A stretch of DNA of 64,000 nt, from the NCBI GenBank assembly GCA_963781585.1, contig CAWAGQ010000010.1, positions 256,001 to 320,000 of the forward strand. Direction: 5' to 3'. Position 1 is the stretch's first letter. The number at the start of each line of letters is the position of its first letter. Positions 46,939-58,449 of the stretch are shown here, piece after piece. The translations under genes were made by a program, and so were the position numbers. The notes under the pieces are model-generated. The model ran no database searches. It saw nothing but the letters and a program-made list of their open reading frames with translations, and had not been told where the DNA came from. The stretch comes from an uncultured Gemmatimonadaceae bacterium. Lineage in GTDB: Bacteria > Gemmatimonadota > Gemmatimonadetes > Gemmatimonadales > Gemmatimonadaceae.

Positions 46939-48210
46939 CTAACGCGCCTCCCGTTGCAGCGCACCCCGGAAGTCCGGGTGCGCGATCGAAGTCAGCGCCT
47001 CGGCGCGTTCGCGGATCGAGAGGCCGTGCAGGTTCACCGCGCCGTACTCGGTGACGACCCAACGGACGTGCCCGCGCGTCGTTACCACCCCGGCGCCCGG
47101 GGTGAGTTCGTGAACGATTCGGGAGACCGTCCCGCCCTGCGCGGTGGCGGGCATGGCGATGATCGGTTTGCCGCCCCGCGACCGGGCGGCGCCGCGGATG
47201 AAATCCATCTGTCCGCCAATCCCGGAGTAGATGCGGTGCCCGATGGAATCGGCACAGACCTGGCCGGTGAGATCGATCTGGATCGCCGAGTTGATCGCGG
47301 TCACGCGCGGATTCATGCCGATCAGGTGGGTGTCGTTGGTGCGGTCGCAGCCGTGGAACTCGACCATCGGATTGTCGTGGACGAAATCGTAGAGGCGCCG
47401 CGATCCCAGCACGAAGCTGGTGACCGTTCGACCGGGATGGACCTGCTTGAAGCGATTGGTGACCGCGCCCGAAGCGATGAGATCGACCATCCGGTCGGAA
47501 AACATCTCGGTGTGGATACCGAGGTCCCTCCGGTCGTGGAGCCGCGCCAGGACCGCCTCCGGGATGGCGCCGATGCCCAGCTGCAAGGTGGCCCGATCCT
47601 CCACCAGCCCGGCGACGAGCTCGCCGATGCGGGCCTCCACCGGGCCCTCGCCGGCCGGCTGATGTTCGATCAGCGGGCGGTCGGTGTGGATGAAGGCGTC
47701 GAGACGGCCGAACGGTACGGCCGTGTTGCCGTGGGTGCGCGGCATCTGCTCGTTGATCTCGGCCACGATGAAGCGGGCGCGGTCGACAGCGGCCCGGGTG
47801 CAGTCGACCGACGTGCCTAACGAGCAGTAGCCGTGCCGGTCCGGCGGAGAGAGCTGGACCAGGGCTACGTCCAGCGGCACCACCCCCGACGTGAAGAGCG
47901 CCGGCGTGTCGGACAGGAAGATGGGGACGAAGTCGGCCCGGCCGTCGTTCACCGGCCCGCGCATCTCGGGTCCATTGAACAGCGAGACCGACCGGAAGCG
48001 TCCCGCGCACGCGGGATCGGTCCACGGCGCCGGGCCGTCGGTGTGGAGATGGTACAGACGCACGTTCTCGACGTCGGTGCGGCGGGCCAGCGCATCGAGG
48101 AGCGGCGCCGGCGTGGCCGCCGCGCCGTGGACGAAGACCCGCATATCGCTCGCGATGAGCGACACGGCATCGTCAGCCGCGACGGCGCGGGAGAGGAGGT
48201 CGGCGGTCAC
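46939..48210 (-). CDS. Acetyl-CoA hydrolase / 4-hydroxybutyrate CoA-transferase
   Basis: TLQLGIGAIP, LGIHTEMFSD, YSGIGGQMDF and VVTEYG. Confidence 0.92.
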   Translation of the reverse strand: MTADLLSRAVAADDAVSLIASDMRVFVHGAAATPAPLLDALARRTDVENVRLYHLHTDGPAPWTDPACAGRFRSVSLFNGPEMRGPVNDGRADFVPIFLSDTPALFTSGVVPLDVALVQLSPPDRHGYCSLGTSVDCTRAAVDRARFIVAEINEQMPRTHGNTAVPFGRLDAFIHTDRPLIEHQPAGEGPVEARIGELVAGLVEDRATLQLGIGAIPEAVLARLHDRRDLGIHTEMFSDRMVDLIASGAVTNRFKQVHPGRTVTSFVLGSRRLYDFVHDNPMVEFHGCDRTNDTHLIGMNPRVTAINSAIQIDLTGQVCADSIGHRIYSGIGGQMDFIRGAARSRGGKPIIAMPATAQGGTVSRIVHELTPGAGVVTTRGHVRWVVTEYGAVNLHGLSIRERAEALTSIAHPDFRGALQREAR

Positions 48211-48399
48211 GCTCCGGGAAGCCTGGTGGTGGTGAATAGTCCATCGCGGACGCCGACCCGTCAAACACCCCCGGCGGCCCGCTCGACATGAGATTTTCCC
48301 GGCGTCAGATTGCCGGTGCACTTTCCGCGTGCGCCGCGCCAAGGCGGTACTCGATCGTCCGGGCCGGTGCCATGATCACTCATCGCTCACGGATTTCCC

Positions 48400-49713
48400 A
48401 TGCTCTCACGCCGACGGTTCATTGGCGCTTCCGGCCTCGCCCTGGCAGGTACCGCCTGCGGCGTGGGAGGCGAGCGGGACGGTGTGGCCGAGGCGGCCGG
48501 CCAGACCACAGGCTCCACGAAGCTACCTCCGTCCATCGCGGCGCTCACCTCCATGAAAGAGCAGGCGACGCCGATCTCGGCCGACGAGCGCCGCGCCCGA
48601 CTCGAGCGCGCCCGCGCGCTGATGAGCGAGAACAAGCTCGACGCGATTCTGGTCGCCGGAGGAACCTCGCTCCTGTACTTCACCGGCATGCGCTGGGGCA
48701 ACAGCGAGCGCCTGACCGCGGTGGTGATTCCCGCCTCGGGGAACGCCTTCATCGTCACGCCCAAGTTCGAGGAGGAGCGTACGCTCGAGCAGGCGCGGTC
48801 GGGGCCGCTGGGAGCCGGGACGCAGGTGTTGACCTGGGAGGAGGACGAGAGCCCCTATCAGCGGGTGCGCGAGGGTCTCGCCGGCCTGCGCCTGACGACG
48901 GCGCGGCTCGGTGTGGAGGAAACGGTGAAGTTCGTGTTCGCCGACGGGATTGCGCGCGCCGCGCCGGCGGTCCACGTGGCCAGCGCCACCCCCGTCACCG
49001 CGGGGTGCCGGATGATCAAGGACGAGCACGAACTCGCGCTCATGCGGCTGGCGAACCAGATCACGCTCAAGGTCTATGAAGCCGCGTATCATGCCACCAA
49101 ACCCGGAATGACGCAGGACGAGCTGGCGGGGCTGATCGCGACCGCGTACCAGCGGATGGGATTCCCGGGCTATGCCAGCGTGCAGGTGGGAGAGTATACG
49201 GCGCTGCCACACGGATCGGCCACGCCGCAGACGATTCGCGAGGGGACGATCATCATGATCGACGACGGGTGCACTGTCGAGGGATACCAGTCGGACATCA
49301 CCCGCACCTTCGTGATCGGCAAGGCGACCGACAAGATGAAACAGGTGTTCGACATCGAGCATGCGGCGCAGACGGCGGCACTGAAGGCCGCGCGTCCCGG
49401 TGTGGAGGCGCAGTCGGTGGATGCGGCGGCGCGCCAGGTGATCGTTGACGCGGGGTACGGGCCAGGCTACAAGTTCTTCTCGCACCGCGTGGGGCACGGG
49501 ATCGGCATGGACGGGCACGAGTGGCCGTACCTCGTGAAGGGCAACACCCTCGCCCTCAAGCCGAACATGACGTTCAGCGACGAGCCCGGGATCTACATTC
49601 CCGGCGAGTTCGGCATCCGGCTCGAGGACGACATGCACATCACCGAGAACGGCGCCGAACTGTTCACTCCCCAGAGCCCGAGCCTGGAGGATCCGTTCGG
49701 GACGGCGTCGTAG
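48400..49713 (+). CDS. Tat-exported Xaa-Pro peptidase (M24B)
   Basis: [34 protein letters not shown] and DEPGIY..GIRLED. Confidence 0.92.
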   Translation: MLSRRRFIGASGLALAGTACGVGGERDGVAEAAGQTTGSTKLPPSIAALTSMKEQATPISADERRARLERARALMSENKLDAILVAGGTSLLYFTGMRWGNSERLTAVVIPASGNAFIVTPKFEEERTLEQARSGPLGAGTQVLTWEEDESPYQRVREGLAGLRLTTARLGVEETVKFVFADGIARAAPAVHVASATPVTAGCRMIKDEHELALMRLANQITLKVYEAAYHATKPGMTQDELAGLIATAYQRMGFPGYASVQVGEYTALPHGSATPQTIREGTIIMIDDGCTVEGYQSDITRTFVIGKATDKMKQVFDIEHAAQTAALKAARPGVEAQSVDAAARQVIVDAGYGPGYKFFSHRVGHGIGMDGHEWPYLVKGNTLALKPNMTFSDEPGIYIPGEFGIRLEDDMHITENGAELFTPQSPSLEDPFGTAS

Positions 49714-49888
49714 CCGCCGGTGCCCGGCCGCGTTCCGTCCCCCCGTCCGGAGCGTCGTCGTTCAGCATCCGCAGCGCGGGCGTATCGAGATCGTCGTACT
49801 GCCCTCGCTTCGCCGCCCAGACGAACGCCATGACCGCGCCGGCCACTATCACCAGCGCAATCGGCAGCACGATGTAGATCACGCTCAT
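49664..49888 (-). CDS. ccoS: cbb3 oxidase maturation protein CcoS
   Basis: [31 protein letters not shown]. Confidence 0.9.
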   Translation of the reverse strand: MSVIYIVLPIALVIVAGAVMAFVWAAKRGQYDDLDTPALRMLNDDAPDGGTERGRAPAATTPSRTDPPGSGSGE

Positions 49889-52509
49889 GCGCCGACCGCT
49901 TCGAACGTCCGGCTGCGCCAGGCGATCAGCAGCACCGTGAGCGAGCTCGCCGGCATCAGCAGCGCCGCCAGCAAGGGGTTGATCGTTCCGGTCATGGCCA
50001 GCGTGGCCCCAACGACGTTGTAGCCGAGGGAGAAGACCAGCGCGCGTCGAATCATGGCCATCGTCCGGCGGGCCCCGCGCGTGAGGCGCACCAGCGCATC
50101 CAGCCCTGGCTGGGAAAGATAGACGTCCGCCGTCGCCAGGCATGCTTCAGCGCCGCCGTGCACGCCTATCCCCACCGACGCCGCAGCGATGGCGCCCGCG
50201 TCGTTCACGCCATCTCCCACCACGACCACCCGGCCCGTCTTCCGCGCGCGCTCGACGTACCGCTGCTTGGTTTCGGGATCCGCCCGCCCCACGCACTCGT
50301 CAGGCGCGATCCCGAGGCGCCGCCCCACGTCCACCACCACCACGGCGGCGTCGCCGCTCAGCAGCGAGACGCGCCAGCCGTCGCGCCGCAGTGTCCTGAT
50401 GGTCGCCGCCGCGTCGGGCCGCAGGGGATCCCCCAATCCGGCTCGACCGACCAGCTCACCATCGACCGCCACCCACACGGGCGTGAGCGTCGGCGCCGTC
50501 CCCGCGGCGACGCGCGCGCGGGGACCCGCTGACACCATCGCGCCGGCGCGAGTGCAGCCCTGCAGGGGAAGCCGCGACGACAGGGATGAGTCCGGAGCCG
50601 CTCCGTGCTCCGTGACAGCCACCGGCACGCGAATCGCCAGCGCGTCGATCTCCGACTGCACGAATGCCGGCGAGCCGACAACTACGCTACGACCCGCGAC
50701 CATGCCACGAACCCCGCTCCCGACGACGTGCTCTACGGCGCTCACGCCGGCATCGCTCTCCAAACCGTCAGCCATCGGTTCCCACGCGCGCCGGAATCCC
50801 GACGCGACCGGATGGGTCGATCCCCGTTCGATGGACAGCACCAGCGGCTGCACCCACTCCGGGCCATCCCACTCCACCAGCGACGTCACCGCCTGCGTGA
50901 CCGTCCCCGTCTTGTCGAGCACCAGCCGCGCTGGTCGCGCCAACTCCTGCAGGGCCTCCCCGCTCTTGACGAGAATGCCCGCCCTGGCCGCCTGTCCGAT
51001 GGCCGCGGCAACGGCGAGCGGCGTGGCAAGCGCGAGCGCGCACGGGCAGGTGACCAGCAACAGCGCGATGGCAGTGTCCATCGCGCGGGCGGCGTCGTGC
51101 TGCAGCCAGTACACATAGGTGAGCGCCGCCAGAACCAGTACCGCGCCGACAAACCACCCGGCCAGCCGGTTGGCCAGTAACACCACCGGAGCCCGGTGCG
51201 TCGCGCTCTCATCGACCTGACGGAGGATGCCCGCGATGCGGCTGGTCTCGCCCGCTGCGGTGACGCGCACCCGGAGCGGCGCGCTCACGTTGAGCGTCCC
51301 GGCGAAGACACGGTCGCCTGGCCCGACGGACGTGGGGCGCGACTCCCCGGTCAGCAGCGCGGCGTCCACCGCCGAGCGGCCGGAAGCGACCATCCCGTCG
51401 GCCGCCAGCGTCTCTCCGGCCTTCACGTCGAGGATCTGATCCGGCAGGACCGCCTCGGCCGGCACTTCGCGGAAGCGTCCCCAACCGTCCATGATGCGCG
51501 CGGTGGCGGGGGTGAGCGAGTGCAGCAACTCCGTTGCCTGGCTCGCGGCGCGCTGCCCGCGCTGCTGCAGCAATCGCCCGCACAGCAGCAGGAAGATCAG
51601 CAGCGTAATGCCGTCGAAGTAGATCGGCCCCTGGTCGGTCACGGTGTTGATCGCCCCCCGCACGACCCCGGCGCCTAACGCGAGGGCGATCGGCAGATCC
51701 ATGTGCAGCGTACGGGTCCGGAGCGCCGCCAGCGCGCCGGTGAAGAACACGCGCCCTGGATACAGCACCGCCGGCACCGTGAGCGCCAGGCCGATCCACC
51801 GGAACAGGCGGATGTACGATGCGTCCATGCCCGACCACACCCCGCTGTAGAGCGCGAGCGTGGGGAGCATGACGTTGATGGCGATGGCGCCGGCCACCCC
51901 GATGCGCACCAGCGCGGCCCGGTCCTCCCGCCGCTGCATTGCTTCCCGCCGAACCCCCCGGAAGGGATGCGGCGTGTATCCCAGCGCGTCGAGCGCGCGC
52001 GCGATCTCCGACAGCGGAACAGCGCTCGCGTCCCACTCCACCGCAGCCAGCGAGCGGCGCACGTTCAACTCCGCGCGCATCACGCCGGGCACCACGAGCG
52101 GGATGCGCTCCACCAGCCAGACGCACGAGGCGCAGTGCACCCCCTCGAGGTAGAGCTCCACGCGCGCGAGTCCGCCATTCTCGCGTGTGACGTACAGATC
52201 GCGAAAAGCCGCGTGGTCGAACTCCTCGAAGCCGCGTCCGGTCGCCTGGACGGGACGATCGCGGTGCTGGGGCAGGGCGTAGTACTGGGCGAGTCCATGC
52301 GAGTGGAGGATCGCGAACGCGGCGCGGCATCCCTCGCAGCAGAACTGGTCAGTGGCCGCTGGATCGTGGCGTCCTGACGGGACGTCGAGCCCGCAATGCG
52401 CGCAGCCTGCCGGTGCCGCGCCCCGGGCGGCCAGCGCCAGACGACCGTCCTCGGGCGCGGCCGCTATCCGTCGAGCGACCTGGGGACGGCGGTCAGCGCG
52501 GCGCGGCAT
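49885..52509 (-). CDS. ccoI: Heavy-metal P1B-type ATPase CcoI/FixI
   Basis: CAHCG..FCCEGC, HCASC, TGES, CPCAL, DKTGT and GDGVND. Confidence 0.92.
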   Translation of the reverse strand: MPRRADRRPQVARRIAAAPEDGRLALAARGAAPAGCAHCGLDVPSGRHDPAATDQFCCEGCRAAFAILHSHGLAQYYALPQHRDRPVQATGRGFEEFDHAAFRDLYVTRENGGLARVELYLEGVHCASCVWLVERIPLVVPGVMRAELNVRRSLAAVEWDASAVPLSEIARALDALGYTPHPFRGVRREAMQRREDRAALVRIGVAGAIAINVMLPTLALYSGVWSGMDASYIRLFRWIGLALTVPAVLYPGRVFFTGALAALRTRTLHMDLPIALALGAGVVRGAINTVTDQGPIYFDGITLLIFLLLCGRLLQQRGQRAASQATELLHSLTPATARIMDGWGRFREVPAEAVLPDQILDVKAGETLAADGMVASGRSAVDAALLTGESRPTSVGPGDRVFAGTLNVSAPLRVRVTAAGETSRIAGILRQVDESATHRAPVVLLANRLAGWFVGAVLVLAALTYVYWLQHDAARAMDTAIALLLVTCPCALALATPLAVAAAIGQAARAGILVKSGEALQELARPARLVLDKTGTVTQAVTSLVEWDGPEWVQPLVLSIERGSTHPVASGFRRAWEPMADGLESDAGVSAVEHVVGSGVRGMVAGRSVVVGSPAFVQSEIDALAIRVPVAVTEHGAAPDSSLSSRLPLQGCTRAGAMVSAGPRARVAAGTAPTLTPVWVAVDGELVGRAGLGDPLRPDAAATIRTLRRDGWRVSLLSGDAAVVVVDVGRRLGIAPDECVGRADPETKQRYVERARKTGRVVVVGDGVNDAGAIAAASVGIGVHGGAEACLATADVYLSQPGLDALVRLTRGARRTMAMIRRALVFSLGYNVVGATLAMTGTINPLLAALLMPASSLTVLLIAWRSRTFEAVGA

Positions 52510-53212
52510 GGGCGGCGTGCTCCGCGATCACGGGTGCGGCGTCGCCGAACATGTGCAGGCGCCCGGCGATGGTGAACAGGCCGAGCACGACCACGAACGC
52601 GGCCGACACCAGTGGGAGCCGGGACCGGATCGGGGTGGCCACGCGCTGCAATGCGGCGCCGAGACTGAGCATCACCGGCAGTGTTCCGGTCCAGAAGAAC
52701 AGCATCAGCGCGGCGCCCCGGAGTGGCGATCCCGTGCCGCCCGCCGCGGCCACGAAGACGTACAGCCAGCCGCAGGGCAGCAGAGCAGTCGCCAGGCCGG
52801 TGACCGCCGCACGGGCCGTCGACCGCTGCTCCCGGACACGACGGAGCATCCCCGCCACCGTGCCGTGCAGGCGTGACGAAGCCCGCGGCATCCCCAGCCG
52901 CACGCCTCGCACCGCGAGCCACGTGGAGACACCCCACGCGACCATCACGACGCCGGCCACCACCCCGGCCAGTCGCCCGATTCCGGTCGCCACGCCGGCG
53001 CCGTCCAGCCCCGCGCCTAACGCACCGGCGATCGCGCCCAGCAGCAGGTAGGCGGCGAGCCGTCCGCCGCTGTATGCCAGATGCGCCACCGCGCGCGGGC
53101 TCCCCGACCTGGCTGTCGCGCCGGAGTAAAAGGCCACGAATGGTCCGCACATCGCGGCGCAGTGCGGACTCCCCACCAGGCTGGCAATCAGGATCGCGAA
53201 TGCGCCCATCAT
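52493..53212 (-). CDS. DsbD_2/TauE-like membrane protein of the cco maturation cluster
   Basis: GSPHCAAMCGP, YSGGRLAAY and LLPCGWLY. Confidence 0.88.
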   Translation of the reverse strand: MMGAFAILIASLVGSPHCAAMCGPFVAFYSGATARSGSPRAVAHLAYSGGRLAAYLLLGAIAGALGAGLDGAGVATGIGRLAGVVAGVVMVAWGVSTWLAVRGVRLGMPRASSRLHGTVAGMLRRVREQRSTARAAVTGLATALLPCGWLYVFVAAAGGTGSPLRGAALMLFFWTGTLPVMLSLGAALQRVATPIRSRLPLVSAAFVVVLGLFTIAGRLHMFGDAAPVIAEHAAHAAPR

Positions 53213-53704
53213 GTTCCGGTCGGCGTCGACGCGTCGGTGTCGACCCGCAGGTCGGCGGTGAAGTGCGCAGGACCGCGGTGCACATCGAACCGCAGCTCCC
53301 ACATCCCACGCCGCCCGTCGGGAAAATCGGCGCGATACGCGCCACGACCCTCGTCGCGCAGGAGCAGGGTGATGGGGCGGCTCGCCCGCGTGTTGTGAAT
53401 GGCCACGACAGCTGATGCGCGCGCCGGACAGCGGCGTTCCGCCGTGGTCTTCGAGGGTCACATCCAGCGTACCGGCGGCATCGGTACTCGTGTCGTGGAG
53501 CGCCGGCGTAAGCCTCCATCCGAGCGAATCGTTGCGCGCACGCTGCGCCAGCTCGTCGTCCCAGTGCAGGGCCTTCTGATAGTAGTCAGGCTCGACGGCG
53601 ACGGACGGATCCCGGTTGGCCACCCGCACGATCCAGACGTTGGCCGCGATCGTCAGGCCGAGTATCGTCGCCACCGCAATCGGCCACCCCGTGCCGCGCT
53701 TCAC
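53209..53704 (-). pseudogene. ccoH: FixH/CcoH family protein split by a +1 frameshift (or an assembly indel)
   Basis: WPIAV..DPSVAVEPDYYQKALHWD..LGW..PLSGARIS, one extra base near 53410, then VVAIHNTRA..GAYRA..GMWELRF in another frame ending at 53209. Confidence 0.75.
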
Positions 53705-55167
53705 CGCTCGTCCCTCCTGTCTCCCCGCTTCGGTCGCGCGTCGTCAGGATGCTCCGGTGCCTCCTCGGCATGACTCCGCTCTTCGCTCGGTCCGAGCAGC
53801 TTCCATGGGAATTGCGCCGTGTACGAGGCGCCGTCCGAGAGCCGCAGAACCACCCGGTGCTCGCCGTCGTCGAATGCGTCGCGCGGGAGAAGCACGAACA
53901 GGCTGGTGGTTTCCGTGTGCCCGCCGGCGACCGGAAACGGATTGACCGGCACGATCACATTCCCCTGTGGAGCACCGTCGACGTCGATCCGGTAGCTCCG
54001 ATCGTGGCGGCCACGGTTGGAGATCTTCACGCGCACCTGATTCGCCACACGCCCATCCGGCTCCATGTTGAACGGTGCGCCGGCACCACGCAGGAGAACG
54101 ACATCAGTTGACGCCTTCGTGCCCAGCTGGTAGACGAAGGTGCCGAGGAAGATCGCGAGCGCCGCGGGATAGAGGACGGTGCGCGGTCGCAGCACATGGG
54201 CCGGACCTCCCTCCAGCACCTCCCGGGAGGAATAGCGAATCAGCCCGCGCGGCTTCCCCACCTTGTCCATGACGGCGTCGCACGCGTCCATGCACTGGGT
54301 GCAGTGGATGCACTCCATCTGAAGGCCCTCGCGGATGTCGATCCCCGTAGGGCAGGTCTGCACGCACATCCCGCAGTCGATGCAATCGCCGGCGGAGAGG
54401 TCGCGCTGCTTCGTGCCGCGCGCTCGTGGCTCGCCGCGCCGTGTGTCGTAGGCCACGATGCGGGAGTTCCGGTCCAGCAGCACCGACTGCCAGCGGCCGT
54501 ACGGGCACGCGATGGTGCACGTCTGCTCGCGGAAGAACGCGAAGTCGCCGAAGACGAGGAGCGTCGTCACCGCCATGACGGCAAAGGAACTGGGGTGGTT
54601 CACCGGCGACTGGGTCACCCAGATCTTCAACTGATCGACGCCGACGAAGTAGGCCAGGAAGGTGTTGCCGAGGATCGCCGCGACGACCACGTAGACAGCG
54701 AACTTGAGCACGCGGCGCGGCTGCAGCCGGTGACCCGCGCGGTCCATCGCCAGCGATGCATGCGGGCCGCCCTCGATCAGCCGCTCGAGCGGGCGAAAGA
54801 GGAACTCCATCCACACCGTCTGTGGGCATCCCCATCCGCACCAGACGCGCCCGAACAGCGCGGTGGCCAGAAACACGGCCACGATCACCGTCCCCAGAAA
54901 CAGCATCAACAGCAGCGTGTCGGTGGGCAGGAACGTGTAGCCGAACAGCGTGAACTGGCGTCGTGGTGCGTCGAGCAGGATGAGCGGCAGGCCGTTCAAG
55001 CGGACGTGGGGGATGCCCAGGTACACGACCATCAGCGCCCAGGCCACCCAGCGTCGCATCTTCCAGTAGTGGCCGTATGATGGGCGTGGCCGAAGCCAGC
55101 GACGTGTGCCGTCCTCGTTCAGGGTGGGAAGGACCCGCCCGCTGGCTTGCGGGGCGACGCTCGTCAT
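53701..55167 (-). CDS. ccoG: cbb3 oxidase accessory polyferredoxin CcoG/FixG
   Basis: GRVWCGWGCPQTV, CPYGRWQ, DCIDCGMCVQTCPTGIDIR and ECIHCTQCMDAC. Confidence 0.95.
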   Translation of the reverse strand: MTSVAPQASGRVLPTLNEDGTRRWLRPRPSYGHYWKMRRWVAWALMVVYLGIPHVRLNGLPLILLDAPRRQFTLFGYTFLPTDTLLLMLFLGTVIVAVFLATALFGRVWCGWGCPQTVWMEFLFRPLERLIEGGPHASLAMDRAGHRLQPRRVLKFAVYVVVAAILGNTFLAYFVGVDQLKIWVTQSPVNHPSSFAVMAVTTLLVFGDFAFFREQTCTIACPYGRWQSVLLDRNSRIVAYDTRRGEPRARGTKQRDLSAGDCIDCGMCVQTCPTGIDIREGLQMECIHCTQCMDACDAVMDKVGKPRGLIRYSSREVLEGGPAHVLRPRTVLYPAALAIFLGTFVYQLGTKASTDVVLLRGAGAPFNMEPDGRVANQVRVKISNRGRHDRSYRIDVDGAPQGNVIVPVNPFPVAGGHTETTSLFVLLPRDAFDDGEHRVVLRLSDGASYTAQFPWKLLGPSEERSHAEEAPEHPDDARPKRGDRRDER

Positions 55168-55730
55168 GGCGCGACTCTGGTCCCTTCCGGAGGCTTGGGG
55201 TTGGGTGGATTCGAGCCACGCAGCGTACTGACGTACGCGGCCAGCGCGTTGATCTGGTCGGGCTTGAACACCTTCCCCCATTGGGGCATGCCCTTTGCCA
55301 GCACGCCGTCATTGATCGTCTTCCGGATCTCGGCCAGCGTGCCGCCGTGGAGCCAGTAGTCATCGGTGAGGTTCGGCCCGATCAGTCCTCCGGCGTCGGG
55401 GCGGTGACAGGGCGTGCAGTTCTGCGCGAACATCTGCTTGCCCGTCGACACCACTCTCGGGTCTGCGGCGAGCGCCGCCAGTCGCTCCGGCGTCGGACCA
55501 CCGGCTGGCTCCAGCTTCTCGCGCAACGCGGCGGCGCGGCTCACGTCGGCGTTGTAGTCCGCGATGCGCCCCGCTCCCACGCCGATGCCCGGCACGTTGA
55601 GCGCGTACAGGATGGCAAAAATGATCGTCAGCCAGAAAATCGTGACCCACCACCGCGGCATCGGATTGTCGTACTCCTGAATGCCGTCGTAGCTGTGGTC
55701 CATCAGCCGGTCCCGCTCCTGTTCGGCCAT
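55164..55730 (-). CDS. ccoP: cbb3 oxidase subunit III (single heme)
   Basis: HSYDGIQEYDNPMPRWW, CTPCH, GPNLTDDYW and GMPQW. Confidence 0.92.
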   Translation of the reverse strand: MAEQERDRLMDHSYDGIQEYDNPMPRWWVTIFWLTIIFAILYALNVPGIGVGAGRIADYNADVSRAAALREKLEPAGGPTPERLAALAADPRVVSTGKQMFAQNCTPCHRPDAGGLIGPNLTDDYWLHGGTLAEIRKTINDGVLAKGMPQWGKVFKPDQINALAAYVSTLRGSNPPNPKPPEGTRVAP

Positions 55731-55736
55731 ATGCGA

Positions 55737-55927
55737 TCACTCCTCGCGGTGGCGTGATGGTGGGGTGGGTTGGTCGTTCAGCGGCAGCCGGGCGTCGCGC
55801 TCCCACTTCGCCTTTCTGGACGGGAGGTAGATGCGCCAGATGATGATGACGAACGCGATGAGGAAGAGCACCAGGCCGACCTCGGCGTAGCGCGAGAGGC
55901 CGGCGCCGCTCATGATCTCGGTGAGAC

Positions 55928-55931
<4 letters not shown>
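55737..55931 (-). CDS. ccoQ: cbb3 oxidase subunit IV
   Basis: Single TM, ARLPLND, located between ccoNO and ccoP. Confidence 0.8.
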
Positions 55932-58183
<2,252 letters not shown>

Positions 58184-58290
58184 GGAGTCCTCGGTGGGGC
58201 CGGAACGGCGTGGACGGGGGCGCGCTCAACGCGAAAAACGCGCTTCCCGGCGGAGTGACGCGTGGACCGCCGGCGCGCGCTGACGGGAGC

Positions 58291-58310
58291 GAATATCGGC
58301 GCCGATGTTC
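58291..58310. promoter_or_regulatory. Near-perfect 20-bp palindrome GAATATCGGCGCCGATGTTC upstream of ccoNO, candidate operator
   Basis: About 110 bp upstream of the ccoNO start. Shares its core with the site upstream of nirK. Confidence 0.5.
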
Positions 58311-58449
58311 TGGGGCGGTCGTCAGGCGAGTTGCGGCGCGATGAGGGGGAATCCCCTACAACCGCAGGGCGCCCGGCCTGCGAAGACCGGACGCCCTGTA
58401 GTCACTGATTTCGGAGTCGGAACACGCGAGAGTTCCGGGGCCGAGCCCT

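Noticed and set aside
49664..49713. Convergent 50-bp overlap of ccoS and the M24 peptidase
   Set aside because: Involves only a low-complexity tail, ordinary in compact GC-rich genomes.
52493..53704. Novel FixH-DsbD_2 fusion protein
   Set aside because: Explained by a one-base frameshift. The true FixH C-terminus is in another frame (53209-53406).
58184..58449. FNR/Anr box upstream of ccoN
   Set aside because: No TTGAT-N4-ATCAA match seen.
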